Below, piece after piece: positions 33,332-50,290 of a stretch of DNA of 64,000 nt. Source of the DNA: the human T2T-CHM13v2.0 reference genome, Homo sapiens. The position numbers and the translations under genes were made by a program. Under the pieces are notes generated by a model that worked only from the letters and a program-made list of their open reading frames with translations, had not been told where the DNA came from and ran no database searches. The stretch is taken from the NCBI RefSeq assembly GCF_009914755.1, contig NC_060926.1; one strand, given 5' to 3'. Each line of letters begins with the position of its first letter. Within the stretch, counting starts at the first letter, position 1.

Positions 33332-36300
33332 CCGTATACATTTTTCAATGAATCCCTAGTCCCCTCAGCCAGGCCTGTGCCTGTGTGCTCATGGCCCCTG
33401 CCTTTGGGCCTCCCCACACTCACCCTGCCCTGCATGCCTTCCTTCCTCCACACCCAGCTCAGCTGGGGTCGGGGGTGCCTCTCACTTTCCCCTTGACTTC
33501 TCCAAATGTCACCTCCCTTCTAAGGCCCAGGTCAAGCCCCACCTCCTCCATCTTCCCTGGCTTCCCCGGCATCCTTAGGAGTCCCACTGCACTTAAGTCC
33601 CCACCATGGGCTAGGCCCTTCCATGCAGCACTCCAGTAGCGGGCGTTGATTTCACCGCTCAGGTCGGGGAGTGGGTGGGTGGAGCTGCAAGGTTCATAAC
33701 CATAGGCTCTACCTCACAAGCAGTGTGTCGGCCTGTCTTCCTCATGCCTTCCAAAACATGAGGAGACAGAGTGGGCAGCAGCGTGTACTGATGCAGGCTC
33801 GCAGGAAGAAAAGCCACCTCTAGGGGTGGGCCAAGGGCTGCAGCCCAGGAGTGGGAGACACGATGTCAGGAAGTTATATGCATAAAAGGTAGGGGCACCA
33901 TATCACCCAGCCGAGGTCCGGAGGGTTAGCCCAGGAGCGGCTCTGATCTGAAAACAAGCAGGGCTGCTGAGCTCTGTCTTAACTTGGAGAAGAATCAAAG
34001 GTCCTATCAGGCTGGAAAGCTAGCCAGTGCTGCAAACCTCCAAGAGCTGCCATAAGCTGTACCTAGCTGACTTTTGCCTGCAGCAGAATGGTTCCCTGAC
34101 TTCCCCATTTAGGTTACCCCAAGTCATCTGCTCTGAAGTGGGGCAGTTTGCCCTCTTGGACTGGCTCACTCCTGCGGTGTTGGAGGGTCAGCCCTAACAC
34201 CAGCTTGGGCTCAGCTGAGCTCAGCACCAGCGCCCAGCCCCCTCCTCCTCCTCCCTCCCATTCTGGGTTATTCTTAGCAGGAGGTGACCTCAGAGTGCTC
34301 CCTCTGAGCAAAAATAACCCTGGAGGAAGTTGGTGGGTATAAATCGTCAATGAATAAATACGCATCGCTAGTAAATAGGGGATGGAGCCCCACAGGGCCA
34401 CTCACCCCCCAGGGCCTTGTGGGCAAAGGCAGAAACTCTCCCTTCAGGGCTCCAACCGGAACCACCCATGAAGGACAAAGGCCTCTGCAGGACTGTCTGG
34501 GCTGGCAACCAGGCAGGAACCAGCCTCAGACACCCACACTTGTCACCCTGCAACATCCTTAGAGGCTGCCCCTTCCTCCCCACCTCACACCCACACACGG
34601 GCTCAGCTCCACGCACCAGCCCCCGCCTCCCTATCATGGGCACTGGCCAGCCCGCAGGCCCTGGCCCAGGTGCCAGCTCCCTTCCTAAGCCCCGCCCTGC
34701 CCTGCAGCTGACTTCCTGTTTCCTGTTGCCGGCTCTGACTGCAGCATCCTGGCTCTCTGGCCAGTGCTGCAGACAACTAGGCCGTTGCCGATTTTAAGCA
34801 GGCGCACCTCTTTGCCCTCAGCCCCCTGCAGCCTTCGGCACTTACACACAGGCTCCCTGGTATTTGTGTCAATAACTCTCTTCAGTTCCATTTTCTTTGT
34901 ATGCTTTTTGGACCAGTTCCACACACTTTTTCCAGCAGCCCTGAATTCACATATTAACTGAAAGAGAACCCCTGGGTAGGTACCCAGTAGCCAAACTGCA
35001 CGGATGCAGTGATAAGGAGGAAAGAGCACCATAGGCTTTGCAGTTGGGAGGTGTGAAGTCCAAGTCCTGATCATCTTCTCTGAACCTCAGTCTCTTCTTC
35101 TGAATGTGGGGATAATGAAAGCGGTCCCCAACTACCTCACGCAGGTTTGTCAGCATCAAATAAGGTAACCCCTGTAAAACGCCTTTGTAGGCAGTAACAT
35201 GCTGCATAACCATGAGCCTTTACTGCTGGTCTCTGTCCTCAGTGAGGCAGGCAAACTCAGTGTGGCACAGCTCAGCGACTATGCAATGGCGGTGCATTTT
35301 CAAACTGTCAGGGATGAAAGCTCAAGCTTTGGTTCCAGATTTTTAAATTCTCAATGCACCAAGAAATGATACGGTTGTAAAATATAAAATCACAGCACGT
35401 GGATGTGGCAACATTGTCACACACACATAAAAGCTTCTGAATAGTTATACTCAGTTCTGTACCGACAGGTGACAACAAATGCTTCTCAAAGTGAGGTCTG
35501 CAGACCACTGCAGTCCCATGTGTGTGATCGGTGGGCTTGGAACTTGTCTTTATCAGTTCATTTTTATTAACTTTGGAGACAGTTGGAGAAGGGAAAGGCC
35601 AGTGTGGGTCACAGTGGCTGAACTGGGCTTCATTTTCAGGCTAGGTTCTACCGGGCTGTGGTGCTGGGGCAGGCGGAGAGAAGGCAGGCTGTGGAACTGT
35701 GTAAGGGGCGGGCAGGAGGAATGGCTGGCTAGTGTGTTTGGGGAGCAGTGAGAAGGTGAGGTTTCTGTGGCCAAAGGGGTGGCATCAGGCATAGCAGGGA
35801 AAGGAGTGGTCAGATGGTGAGGGGCTGGAATTCAGATCTTGTCCCCTAAAAAATGGAGTCCCGGGGGGTTCCTGAAGAAGGACGTGCCGGTGCTACATTT
35901 ACTGTGATTATGTGTGGCCTCCTCTCTCCAGCACACTTGACTGAAATAGAAGGCATCTTCCTCTGGTGGCTTCCCGCACATGGTCAGTGCTCAGGAAGTG
36001 GAAAGTGTTTGTCGTGAAGGGAGCACACTGGCCTGGGCATGCAAGGGGCAGGTGGAGTCTGGTTTGGGTGAGGGCAATGCCAGGGGGCAGAAGGCACCCA
36101 GGGACAGATGCCTGTTGAAGGCCAAGACAGACAGTCCTTGGGGGCAAAAGGAGGAGAGAGCCCAGGATTTCTTGGGCTTGGGGGTGGGACCTGGTGAGGG
36201 CACTAGTGGGTATATCTGGACCCTCCCTGTCCAGCGCTGGCTGTGGAAGCTCACAGCCTCCAGCCAGGGTTTCATCTCTTACTTCCCAGTCCCCATCCCT

Positions 36301-36767
36301 GTCACACCTGTCAGGACCTGAGCCAAGCTCCTTCCCCAGGCTTAGCTGGATGACACACTCAGCTGCTTTAAAGCTCCCTGGCAAATCTATTCCCAGGGCC
36401 ACAGCTGCAACAGGTCCTCAGAAGCCATCTCTCCTGTGCTCCTGCATGGGAGGGGAAGAGGCCAGGACCAGCACCTGCGACCACAAGGGCTGAGCCTTGG
36501 CTGCAGCAGGAATCCCCCAACATGGGCTCCCAGGAAGGGCCATGCTGGCTGCTGTCCTCGGGGTCAGTCTTTCTCGGTTCCTCCAATGTGCAAGGAGTTG
36601 CTTTCCCAACAGCTGACTTCCCAATCAGCTTCACCTTTACCATGCTCCTCCTCACCCTGGGCCTCTCCTGAGAGGCCAGGCGACGGCAGGTGTAACCTAG
36701 GACTTGGGCTAGAACACATCCAGACCACGAGGGGCACGGGATGCGCCCCGCCTCCCAGGGCTGCTGA

Positions 36768-37170
<403 letters not shown>

Positions 37171-38972
37171 CAGCCTGCACATTTGGACTCTTTTGCTGTT
37201 TGCCAAGTGCCCCAGGAGGTGGACAGGGCAGGTTTTACTGGCAGCCATATTTTCCCAATGAGGAAGCAGCCCAGAGAGGTTAGGTGACTTGCTCAAGGAC
37301 ACATGCTGGGAAGCATTAAATCAAGGTGCTGCTCTTCTGTCAAACTACAGTTGCCGTGGCCTCCTGAAGAGGAAAGGTTTGGCCAGGCGGGGGCAGGCCC
37401 GACCTTTGCTGAGGCTCCTTGGTGCTTGCACCATTTCGTTCTCACAGGGGCAAGGAGAAATGCATCCTTTTCTCCTCTATTTTTAGAAGGGGAACCTGAG
37501 GTTCAGGCAGCAGCAGTTCAAGGTTACACAGGTGGTCAGTGGTGGAGCCAGAATTTGAACTCAGGTCTCTTGGACCCCAAAGACAGTGTTTTTCCTTCTG
37601 CCCTGGAGCGTGCTTCAGGCCAGGGGATGTAGGACTGCCGGCCCCTCTCCCCTCACTCGGCTGTGCCCCTCTTCTCTGTCATTGTCTAGGTGATGTCCCC
37701 ACACTCCTGTCCCTGACTTCCTTGTACCTTTTCACCCGAGTGCTTCACTCCACCTCTCAGCGATGTGGCTACCCTCTGATTCCAGAGACTCACAAAGATG
37801 AGTCAAAGGGTTGCTGGGTCTTTATTTGCTACAGGTGGTGGCTCTTGTCCTCAGAAACTGGACGGGGACAGGGGGAGTTTGCTTAGCATATTGCACGTTG
37901 CCAAGCCTCAGGAGAGAGGCAGGGCACGCTGCAAATGTGGAGTCACCAGTGTGCTCTGACTCCGGCCTGGCTCTCCTCCCACACCTTCTCCATTAAGGTG
38001 CCCTGTGGGCAGAGGAGGGTGCAGGGGCCCTGGGAATCTGGAGTCTGCTGCCAGCCAGAAAGTCCTCTCTGAAGCCCCGTGTTATTTTTCAACATCACGT
38101 GAATTTTTCATTCCAGAATGAATTTCATTCATTACATATCCACGTTTGCTTTAATATTAAAAGGTTTAAAATTACTTACCAGTAAAATGACTTCACTCCG
38201 CCCCCCTGCCCCCCGCCTCAAATCTTCAGGCAGAACTGGCAGGGGTGCATCTCAGTACACAGCAGGTTCCCACACCCCCCACCTCCAGGAACTCACCACC
38301 CCCCCCGCCTCTACTGTCCCATTTCACTTCAGTCACCTTCAACCCGGCTCTCTACCCAAAGGGAGCAAGTCCTGGGCTCCATGCCTGCTGAGAACATTTC
38401 TTTGAAGGGCTGAGTAACAAATCCAGAGCCTCTGACTCCCCCTTACCTTCTTGCTCCAAGTTTACCATTCTCAGCTGGAAGGGGGGTAAAAGAAAGGAAC
38501 CAGCTGTCTCTGGTGCTGGGAAATAATGACTGCTCCACATCTGAGTTTAAGACATAAACCAGTTAGGCTCCTACAGCCCAGGGGTCTTGTTCTCCAGAGC
38601 TGCCCCCAGGCCTCAGCGGCACTGGTTCCCAGAAGCCTGGCGCTGGGGCTGGCCCTGCAGCCTACATGCCTGCAGGACTTCCTTCCCCAGGGCCCTGGTT
38701 CTCCTGCTGCCTCACAGAGACTCCTCAGCCTGCATCTCCCCCTTCCCATTTGATCAGACTCCCAGGCCTCAGTTCCCTTCCTCCAGGTGGGGGCTGAGAC
38801 CCTGGGTGAGAGTGTGGTAGGGAGGGGCCTTCATAGATAGTCCAGGGAGATCTTAGTCCAGCCTGGGATTCTGGCAGGCCCTCTTGCTTCCCTTCCAGAG
38901 GGAGGCCAGGAGTCAGGGGCCTGGTCCAAGTCTTAGGCCCAAGACCAACCAGCCAAGTCCCCTGGCTTCTCA

Positions 38973-39393
<421 letters not shown>

Positions 39394-39498
39394 TTAAATG
39401 TCTCCAGGTCCCTGCAGGACATACATCACTGCCATCGACAGGCCAGGCACGTGTGTGTTGTGTGTGTGCACAGGAGGGTGTGTAGGATGTGACACTCA

Positions 39499-40111
<613 letters not shown>

Positions 40112-40326
40112 TACATCCTTTGGGGAACTTCAGGGCAGACGCTGCTGTCCCCCCGGAAGGCATCTCTCTCTCTTTATGACCACATTTTCCGAACCATAAA
40201 ATCATAACACAAGCTCTGATAAAGGATTTGAGTTAAAAGTTTATTTATATGAGAAAGCTTTTGTTCACAGATACACAATTACATTTGTGATCTACTTAAT
40301 GAATCACCTTTATTGAAAATAAAATC

Positions 40327-40619
<293 letters not shown>

Positions 40620-43519
40620 TCAAGTGAAAAGAAATATTAAATTTAGCAATATCTATTTGAAGTCCAGGCAATACTCGAAATGGACAACTATGGAAAGTGG
40701 AGGACTTGTACAGCTGTGAACACCCCTGCCATGTGGAGCTGGCACCGCGCATGCCTGTCAGCCTGCAGGAGGATCTCAGGGACCGAATCTCAGCTCCTCT
40801 CCATCTCTTGCATTCACCGAGTTTGGAACAGAAGTTTGTTTTACTCCCCGCCCCTCACATAACACCTGTGCACGGCTGGGCCCTGACATGCTTGTCTCCT
40901 GGGGCACAGAGACATAAACCTAGAAAGTCCTGCCTCACTACTCCAGCCTGGCCACAAACCACCCACAAGTCCCTTCTGACTCAGCTGGGCTCTGGCATGA
41001 CTAATCCCCAGCAGAAATGATGCTGGGGAAGTGGGGAGAAAGACGTCCTGACCCTGCAGATGGGCCACAGGCTGCTCTTCATACCCTGCACGATGTCAGG
41101 AGCCAAAGATGGCTTTTGGGCCCTCCCCAAGGAGGGGCCAACCCAGGGCAGTGCTGGCAGCACAGAGGTAGAAGAGGGTCCACAGCTCTCCTGGAGACCT
41201 GAGTAAGATGGCCCTCAACAACCTACTCAACTTTCATTTTCTGTGATTGCAAAATACCTTGTGGTTTGCCACATTAATTTTTAGGTGACAGTGGGACACA
41301 CAAATGGAAACCTACTGTGACCAGCTGTAGACATAAGACCAGCGGGAAGAGCATCCCTGGCCCCTCCATCCATCCTCCAGCTGAGGCATGTCTGCAGGGC
41401 AGACCATCACGGCTCAAGTTCTGGGAGGCCTCCAAAGACATGCACATGGAGGGTGAACAGAGGTGCCCGGTCTTAGCATAGGTGGTGGCCACAGTCAAGC
41501 TGGAGAGAGGCAGAGCTCACACAGGAGATAGAGAGAGAATGCTCGGAGGTGCAGAAGAGGACCCTGGTGTGTTGTGGGAGCAAGGAAGGGGAGGGCTGCC
41601 AACACTGGAGACCAAAGCTGTCTGAGAAAGATACTGAGGATGAGGAGGCTTGGCTAGGGGTCAGAATGGCTGACCTTCAAGAGCACTGTCACTAAGCTGT
41701 GCAGAGTGACACGGCAGTGAGGGCTGGAGAAGGACCAAAGAGGGCAATTTAAGGAGCACAGCAGAGGAAGCATCTGGAAAGGATGCCAGGGGACTGGGGA
41801 GCCCCGTGCCGTCTGTGGAGGGAGAGGCCAGCCCCGAGGCCGGAGATCCTTCAGGGGCTCTTTTCAGGAAAGCACAGCAGACGGGCGGTGAGGGCAGAAA
41901 GGCTGTGGGAGGAGGAGCAAACTCGCGGGAGCCTTCATGAGGGCTCAGGGTGCCCAAGGGCACACGCCCCATGGGAGGGGAGGCCTGCTGCTTCTGAACC
42001 ATCTTCTGAAGACCCCAGACCCCCGAGTGTAAGAAAGGATCACACAGAGAGGACGTATTGCCAGTGCAGCTTAGTATTTGTGAAGGTTCTGATTGGATCT
42101 ACACAACTGCTAAGAATTTCAGGCTGAGGTGGGGCTTCTAATCCGATTCAACCAGTGCCAAATGGGCACCGTCTTGATCAGCACTTGTAAAATCATTAGG
42201 GGTCATGTGAGGTCATGGAAAAAGCAAAGTGGGCATGAGCCCAGCTTGTCCATTTCCTAGTTACAGGAGCAGCCTCTCGGAGCCTCAGTTTCCTCATCCA
42301 TAAAATGGGGGTAGGGAGGTGTCCATCCTGTCTGCTTCTCAGGTTTTGAGAAGACAGCTTCACAAAGGGTCTGCCCCTTTGTCTGTTTTGTTTACTGCTG
42401 AATCCCCAGCGCCTAGGGCAGATTCTGGAAAAACTCCTACTGCCCATAAATTCTGGGCTTTAAACTATTTCTTTAACAAGCTGCATTTGTGACAGAGGGA
42501 GTCATTTGACTTTCTTTTATTCTGAACTAATCAGAGATGTGAAAGCCAACCAGAGCGTCTGATCAGTGAAAGGGAACCACAGTTACCACACAGCAATGAC
42601 CTAAAAATAAAGACGCTTGACATTTCACGATGGGCACCAGCTTCCACTGGGCATGCGGAGAAAGCCTTTGGGGGCCCCGACAGGCCACCCCTCTGCCATA
42701 TGCAGTCCTGCTGGCATCTCTCACCTACACCACGTGTGCAGGGCCTGTAGGTGCTCGGCACATTTTTTTCCCTGTTGGATTCAATTCCGTGCAACCCAGC
42801 CCAGGAGGAAGGGGTGGACCCCCCGGTGCCAGGCCACCTCTCCAGGTCCTGACAGGTCCAGAGAGGGCGGGGAGTGCCAGGCAGGGGTGCTGTGTGTACC
42901 CCACACCTGGTGCAAGGAGCTTTACGGCTGGCCCAGCATTCAGGCCCCGCATGCTTCTGGGTCGTGCTTGGAGTCTCCACGAGAGCCAGGTCTGAACAAC
43001 TCCTGGCCCTTCCCCTTGACATTTGGCCCTAAGAGCAGCGTTGTGAAAAGCATGTTCTCTTCTGCCAACTCTTCCGCGATGGAGTCTTAGGGCAAAGTGG
43101 GAAGCGATGCTTCTGCTCTGGGCCTGCCTGAGGTTCCCTCTGCGGAGGGAGGGGGCTAACACGCCAAGAAGGGTGAGCAGATGGCTCGGGCCGTGCCCCT
43201 CAATGGCTCCAAGGAAGCGTAGCAAGTGGTTCATTCTCGCATCTGTCACGGGGTCTGTTTTATTCCATATCTTTGCTGATGGGTTGAGCAAAGGAATGTA
43301 AAACATGCTTATCAAATCTGCAAGTAGCCCTGAATTAGGAGGCGTTGCTAATACTCTGAAAGAAAAGAATCTGATCCGTGGTGACATGGGACAGCTGAAG
43401 AACAGTAACACAGTTCGCGGGAACAGATTTGAGCCCAGGTTGGTTTCCTCATCTGTCAAGCCAGGGGACTGAATTCGTCCACACTTCCAGCGCAGAGGGG
43501 AGGGGGTGGAAATTCCAGA

Positions 43520-43710
43520 CACGTAGGCTTTGGAGAGGGCAGAGCCGGGCTGGGAGTTTCGCTCTGCTCTTTGCTTAGGAGTAACCTCAAGCTCTTTAAC
43601 CTCCCTGAGTCTTGCTTTCCTCATCTATAAAATGGGATGATATCTACTTCACAGTGATGTTATAAGAATTAAATGAGGTGATGTAGCAAAAGCTGACACG
43701 TGATAGTCAC
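43520..43710 (+). mobile_element. MIR
   Basis: tttaacctccctgagtcttgctttcctcatctataaaatgggatga..aattaaatgag. Confidence 0.7.
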
Positions 43711-46667
43711 TCGAGAACTGCTACCTTCCCCCGCTCCACACATCCTGATTCGTACTTCACTCCCACTCCATCCTCCCCATCCCCCTCTCCCTGCCTCGTG
43801 CAAATCCCAGCACGCCGCCCACCATATGCAGCGATCCCTCACTATCACACAGAGCCCAACATCTGGCGGGCGCTCTTGCCGCAAGATATGTGGCAATACT
43901 GGGGCTCTAGGAGCTTTCCAAAATGCAAAGCTGATTATGCCACTCTGCAGAGCTTAAACCTTTGCCACGGGGGTTCCCGGGGGCCAGGAGGATCCAGCCA
44001 AGCTCCTCAGCTCATGTGCAGGGCGGTCCCCAGGATTTGGCTGGATCGCCTTGGTCTCTTCTCCACACTGTGGTCCCAACAGACAGCACCAAGCGCGAAA
44101 GCAAACTGCTTCCGGCCTCAGCCCCTAGGCATAGACTGTTCTTCTGACCACACCACCTTCCCCTCAGGTTTATCAGCAAACTGTTACTCGCTTTTCCAGC
44201 CTCCTATCCTGGATTCCCTGCCCCTAGGCCCCCTCCTCCCATCCCCTGCCTAGACTGAGCTGAAAGACCCTTCCTCTCCTATAGTTCCCCTACCCAGCAA
44301 GGCAACGGTCAGCTCCTTGAGGGAAGTGTGGGTGTCTGATTCATGCTGGCATCCAGAATGCCTAGACGGATGCATTTAGTCCAAGGCAGGCACTTGATGA
44401 ATGACTGTCACAGAGTAGGTGCCTGACGTGAGTCCATAGACGCAAACAGAGACACACGTACAAATCTACAAACCCGTACAAATACAACTGTGTACGAGGT
44501 TCCAGTGCCTCTCGGATCTTTACGATTCCAGATTAGGAAACAAGAGGACTAAAACGTCCCTTCTAGACTTAAACATAATTGTCACTTTGCATTTATGTCA
44601 TTCTTTGCAGCTTTCAAAGCACCTTCACATTTGGTGGCCTGTGAGATTAGGTGGTTCCTCTCTCTAAACATCTGAGGCTACGATCTGACCTACATTTCAA
44701 CACTGCTCACTGGATGGATTATTTTAAGCCATATACAACGTCTCATTCTGATGCGCTGGGCTATGACGATAATAATCTCTCACATTTGCACTGAACGTGG
44801 TAATTAACAAAGCATCTTCACATATGTTATTTCATTGTATTCTTACACTTTACAGAAAGCAGAGCTGGTATTATTTTTTTCTGTTACACAGATGAAACAC
44901 CTGAAGCTCAGAGAGATTATCTGACTTGCAGGGATCAGAGAGCCAGGAAAGGAGGCCTTTAGAACCAAAATTTACATCTTTTGTTTACCAGTCCATCGGT
45001 CTTTCTACTGCAACATGCCACTATACCCTACCATGTCAACAGGCACACACACAGTGACACCATAAAGATACAGGCAATCCAAGGTCAAGGCACACTGGCA
45101 TTCACAGGCACAGACACTCTGGGCTGGCTGTGCCCAGACACAGGACCCCTCCCCACAAGAGATTTATGTCTCTTGAGGCCCTCACCTAGAGACAGCCAGC
45201 CTGACATACGTGTATTCCCTTCAGTACTTAAACCGGATGCTACTGACCCAGCATCGGTTGAGCAGATGTCTCGAGTTGGTGCTTGAGTCGAGGGGATGAA
45301 CTTGCCGGATCTAGCCAGCTACTTGCCCGGGCCCCCTGGGACAAGAAGCATGCCCAGCCTTTGCCAGCTGGCTGGCTGGCCTCCCAGGGACTGTCTGTGG
45401 TCATGGAATTCAGTGAAACGAATTGGCTTCTGCAAGAGGCAGAGCCCTGTCCTGGGTTGCCTGAGCACCAGGCTCTGCAGAGCTACAGCCACACGCTTGC
45501 GTACCCCAATGCCACACAGACACTCACATATGCTTGCACACACACCCGTGCCCAGGCCAACCTGCAGAGGCTGATCCCAGCGTGAGGGGTCAGGCAGTGG
45601 GCTGGGAATCACTGTAGATGCGCATGGGCCCAGAGCCCTCCAAAGCCCCCTACTTTTTCTGATCTCAGTCACCTCCCAAGGCTCATCAGCCCTTTATTTC
45701 AATTATTCAACAATATCCGACAAGTAACCATTGACTGCTTAGGTCGTGTCATAATTACCGAGGAAAGCCTTCCATCCTCCTGAAAGGCCACTCTCCTGGA
45801 GGGGAGGGGCCGTGTCTCATTGGCGCCTCTGAGTCCCCCACAGCTCCTGGGTACTTGCACACAGAGGTGTTCCAGAAATGCTAAATAGCTGACAACGGTG
45901 GTGCCCATCTGGTTCCCAGGCCCTCGTGCCAGGGCTGCAGCCCCTTGTCCACAGCCTGTCCACCTGGCTGGGGCCTCATTGTCTTCTGGAGGTGCAGGGT
46001 GGGCCAGACCTCACACCCACGAGCAGCACACCTCAGCCCTGTCCACCTCTGAGGTCTCTATGTCACAAGGCCAGACACAGGGGTGCACTCAAAAAATCTA
46101 TTGAGCACCTACTGTGTACTGGATACAAAGATAAACAAATAGGAAACTCGGTTCAGAGGGAGACAACAACATGTAAACAAGTACCTGATGCCATGCTGAG
46201 CCCAGACTGGAGTGTGCTACTGCTCTGCCTGTGGCCACTTCCATGGCACCAAGCCCACACATGTCTGCTCCTTCAGTAGCACACCCAGCTCTGCCAGCCC
46301 TTGCTTAATAGAGGGGAAGATCCAGATAAAACTACTTTGTAGCCGTGTGGCCTCTCTAAGCCCCAGTTCCTCATCGGTAAAATGGGGATGAGGAACCTCT
46401 GACCATCATCCTGCTCTGGGCGCCCCCTAACTAATCATGATGACAGAATGAGTCAATTACCGTGCAGAGAACACTCCTTTACATGCCCTTCCACGCAGCA
46501 CAAACATTACGTGGGATGATTACAAGGAATATCCCTAATGCCCTGTGGCTCTCTGCAGAGGCAGCTGCAGGGTATGACCAGGACTCCTGTGCCAAGCCCA
46601 GGTACCAGAGAGGAAAGGCTCATTTCCCAATTATCCTGGGACACTGCTCCACCACTCAGCTCTATTC

Positions 46668-47100
<433 letters not shown>

Positions 47101-47495
47101 CATTCTTCTATTCTGCACAGCTGAGCCTGGCCTTTCCTGCCCTGGCCCTGGGCAACTCACCTTATCAGCAGGGCTGGGCTCCATCCCTAACCCGGCCATT
47201 AAGAGCAGGAGGGACCCAAGTGACTGTGGCCCCTCACCTAGGCCCCTGAAGGGATCTACAGCCCCTGCCATCAGGAGTTAGGTCTCATCACCACTTGCCT
47301 TGTTTTACTTTTGTTCAAGGGATAAAGGGAACTCAGGCCTTTAGTGACTGATGACCCAAAGAGAGACAACATTCCCTTCACGTGCTAGGCTCTCAGTGGA
47401 CTCTAAGCCCACACTCTGTCCCCACCCATGGTTTCCTACTCTTCTCCCACGCCCCTGCAATTCATGGGGCGGCAGTGGGTGTAAACCACAAAGGT

Positions 47496-47548
47496 GTAGG
47501 TAGGTAGGTAGGTAGGCAGGTAGGTGGGTGGGTGGATGGGTAGGTAGA
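47496..47548. repeat. (TAGG)n/(TGGG)n tetranucleotide repeat
   Basis: Direct read. Confidence 0.85.
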
Positions 47549-48301
47549 TATCCAAAATAAATTATAAAGCTAACTTAACATATGCTATGTCCTGGTGTTA
47601 ACCACTTGCACACACCATCTCGTCTGAACCTCTCAAGCCAACTAGGAGCTGTTTTCCTGCTCACAGCCATGTTGCCAAGTCACGTGACAGAGTCCAGCTT
47701 CAACACAGGCCCTTCTGCAGGGGCCAAACAACCCCCATCCAAGACTGTACTGACCAAGATTAACTACATTTGACATGTAATAATGTCCAATTTAAGAGAA
47801 TTTTAGAGAAACCGAAACCCAAAATGTAGGTCCTGCTCAGCTCAGGGATGGGCACTGTTTACATCACAAACCTGCTAAGCACGCCCAACCCTCTCCTAAC
47901 TCCCCCGAGATCAGAGTGAGCGCGCCATTATCGCTGGCTGGGTCTCTGAAGAGGTGAGGGTGCAGCGGCTTTTCTATAGCTATTTAAACATACTAAGAAG
48001 GATGCTCTTTGAAATGACCTTACCGCAACCACTGTCAAGCAAAGAGCCAGCCCTAAGTGACCATGTGGGGGCATCTGAGTGCAAGAAAGGCAGAACATGC
48101 CCAGGAGCAGGTGACAGACCGCGGGCAGCAAGAATGACTGCCACTGGAACTGGCAGGGACCCCACCCAAGGATGGAGGCCCTTGTACTTGCAGACCAGAG
48201 TGGAGAGAGCCCACGAGAAATCAGTGGCTGCCAGGCCTCTGGGCCGGACTTTGATGGGGAGGGGAAAGGAGGAACCGCAGCCCCAATGCTGCCCACAGAT
48301 G

Positions 48302-48304
<3 letters not shown>

Positions 48305-48346
<42 letters not shown>
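48305..48346. repeat. (AC)21 microsatellite, (UG)n in the pre-mRNA
   Basis: Direct read. Confidence 0.95.
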
Positions 48347-48351
<5 letters not shown>

Positions 48352-48959
48352 TGTGCAAACACATAAGTGCTGTGTTTCCCCAGCACAAAGATGCACCCCA
48401 GCTGCAGCTTCTACTACAGGCAGGAGAAGGCTTGATCAGAGGAGCTGCCCAGCAGGCCTCACCCACCCCTGGGGGGCAGGCATGGCTTACCCACCTCGAT
48501 GTCTTCCTACCCCTCTACTAGGCCCTCCAAGCACGGTCACTCAGTTCATCCAACAGCCTTGCGGAGCCCTGCTACATGCTAACTACCTGGAAAGGTACCT
48601 ATGTCTGAAGAAAGGGAGGGAGGAAGAGAAGAAAAGAGGAGCTGTATGTCCAGGGAGGGAGAGGCAGGGAAGGAAGGAGGGCAGGAGGCAGGAAGAAATG
48701 GTAAGAAGCTGCATGTCTGCAGCAGTGCCTCCATCTGGTGTGTGTGCCTGTACACGCAGGTGGTGTGTGCAGTTCTTGCTGGAGATGAAGTGCCCCCAAC
48801 TTCTCCCCAAGGGCAAGAGCGCCATTATGCAGTGAAAGGCTTTCTCCTGCAGCAAAAGTCCAGGGGAGGACTACGAATTCTCATCACATCACCACCGGGG
48901 GGCACTGTTCACTCCATCCCCCTTCACGCAGGAGACAGCCTAAGGAGCGCAGAAGCCAG

Positions 48960-49475
<516 letters not shown>

Positions 49476-50109
49476 GTTTCTGAGGCCAGAGGAAAGGGGA
49501 CAGAACTGAGAACAGGGGCCTGGCCTGGGGCTGTGGACTCCCCTCTGATTCATATTTGGGGATCTGAGGTGGCCCTTGGACTGTTCTTGGTCCCCTGTCC
49601 TGCTCCCTCTGCCCCCCACCCTCTGCTCCATACTCCCCTCTAAGCTCTCAGCCTCCCCACTGCTTGCCTCCCCACCCACCCTCCATGAGGCCAGCCCCCT
49701 CCCTCTGCTGCGGCAACATTTACCAGCTGACTCGCCCTGACCACAGCCCCAGAGCTCGGCCTGCCTCCTCCCCATCTCCCCAAGCAGCCCTGCTCTGCCC
49801 ACCATATGGATGGCGGGTAGGGCAGGCGGCAGGTGCCAGGGGGACACACACAGGCCACTCTGTACACTCCCAGCCACAGCATGGCTGCCTCAGCCCAGCA
49901 CCCACAGCTCTGCACTCCGCCTCCCTGATCCTGGGCTCCGGGATTATTCTCCTGTGGGAGGGTCTTGGCTACTCTCATTTTTCTTTCCGTTCTATCCGTA
50001 AAATATTTCCCAAGCACCCACTCTGTGCTATTCCAGGTCCTGGGGATTCACATGGAAGAAAAGGGCCGTGACCCTGCGCTCCAGGCTAGCAGTGGGCAGA
50101 AGTTATCTA

Positions 50110-50290
50110 CACCAATAGTTCTCAACATCTGTGCGCAACAGTATCCCCTGGAGGGATGGTTAAAGGTGCCCGGCTGGGTCCCATCCCCCGAGTTCTGGCT
50201 CAGCAGGTCTGGAATGGGGCCTGAGCTTTGCCTTCCCAGGTGATGCTGAAGTTGCTCATTTGGGGATCCCACTTTGAGAACCACTGGTCC
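50110..50290. mobile_element. MER5-type MITE
   Basis: aatagttctcaac...ccactttgagaaccactg inverted ends. Confidence 0.65.

Noticed and set aside
42725-43624. 299-aa minus-strand ORF, the longest in the window
   Set aside because: It starts inside a MIR (MRKARLREVK is typical MIR translation), has no recognisable domain, and long chance ORFs are common at this GC content.
47954-48835. 293-aa plus-strand ORF with an HT repeat
   Set aside because: It is held open by the (AC)n microsatellite and purine-rich low-complexity DNA, starts at a non-ATG codon, and shows no homology I recognise.
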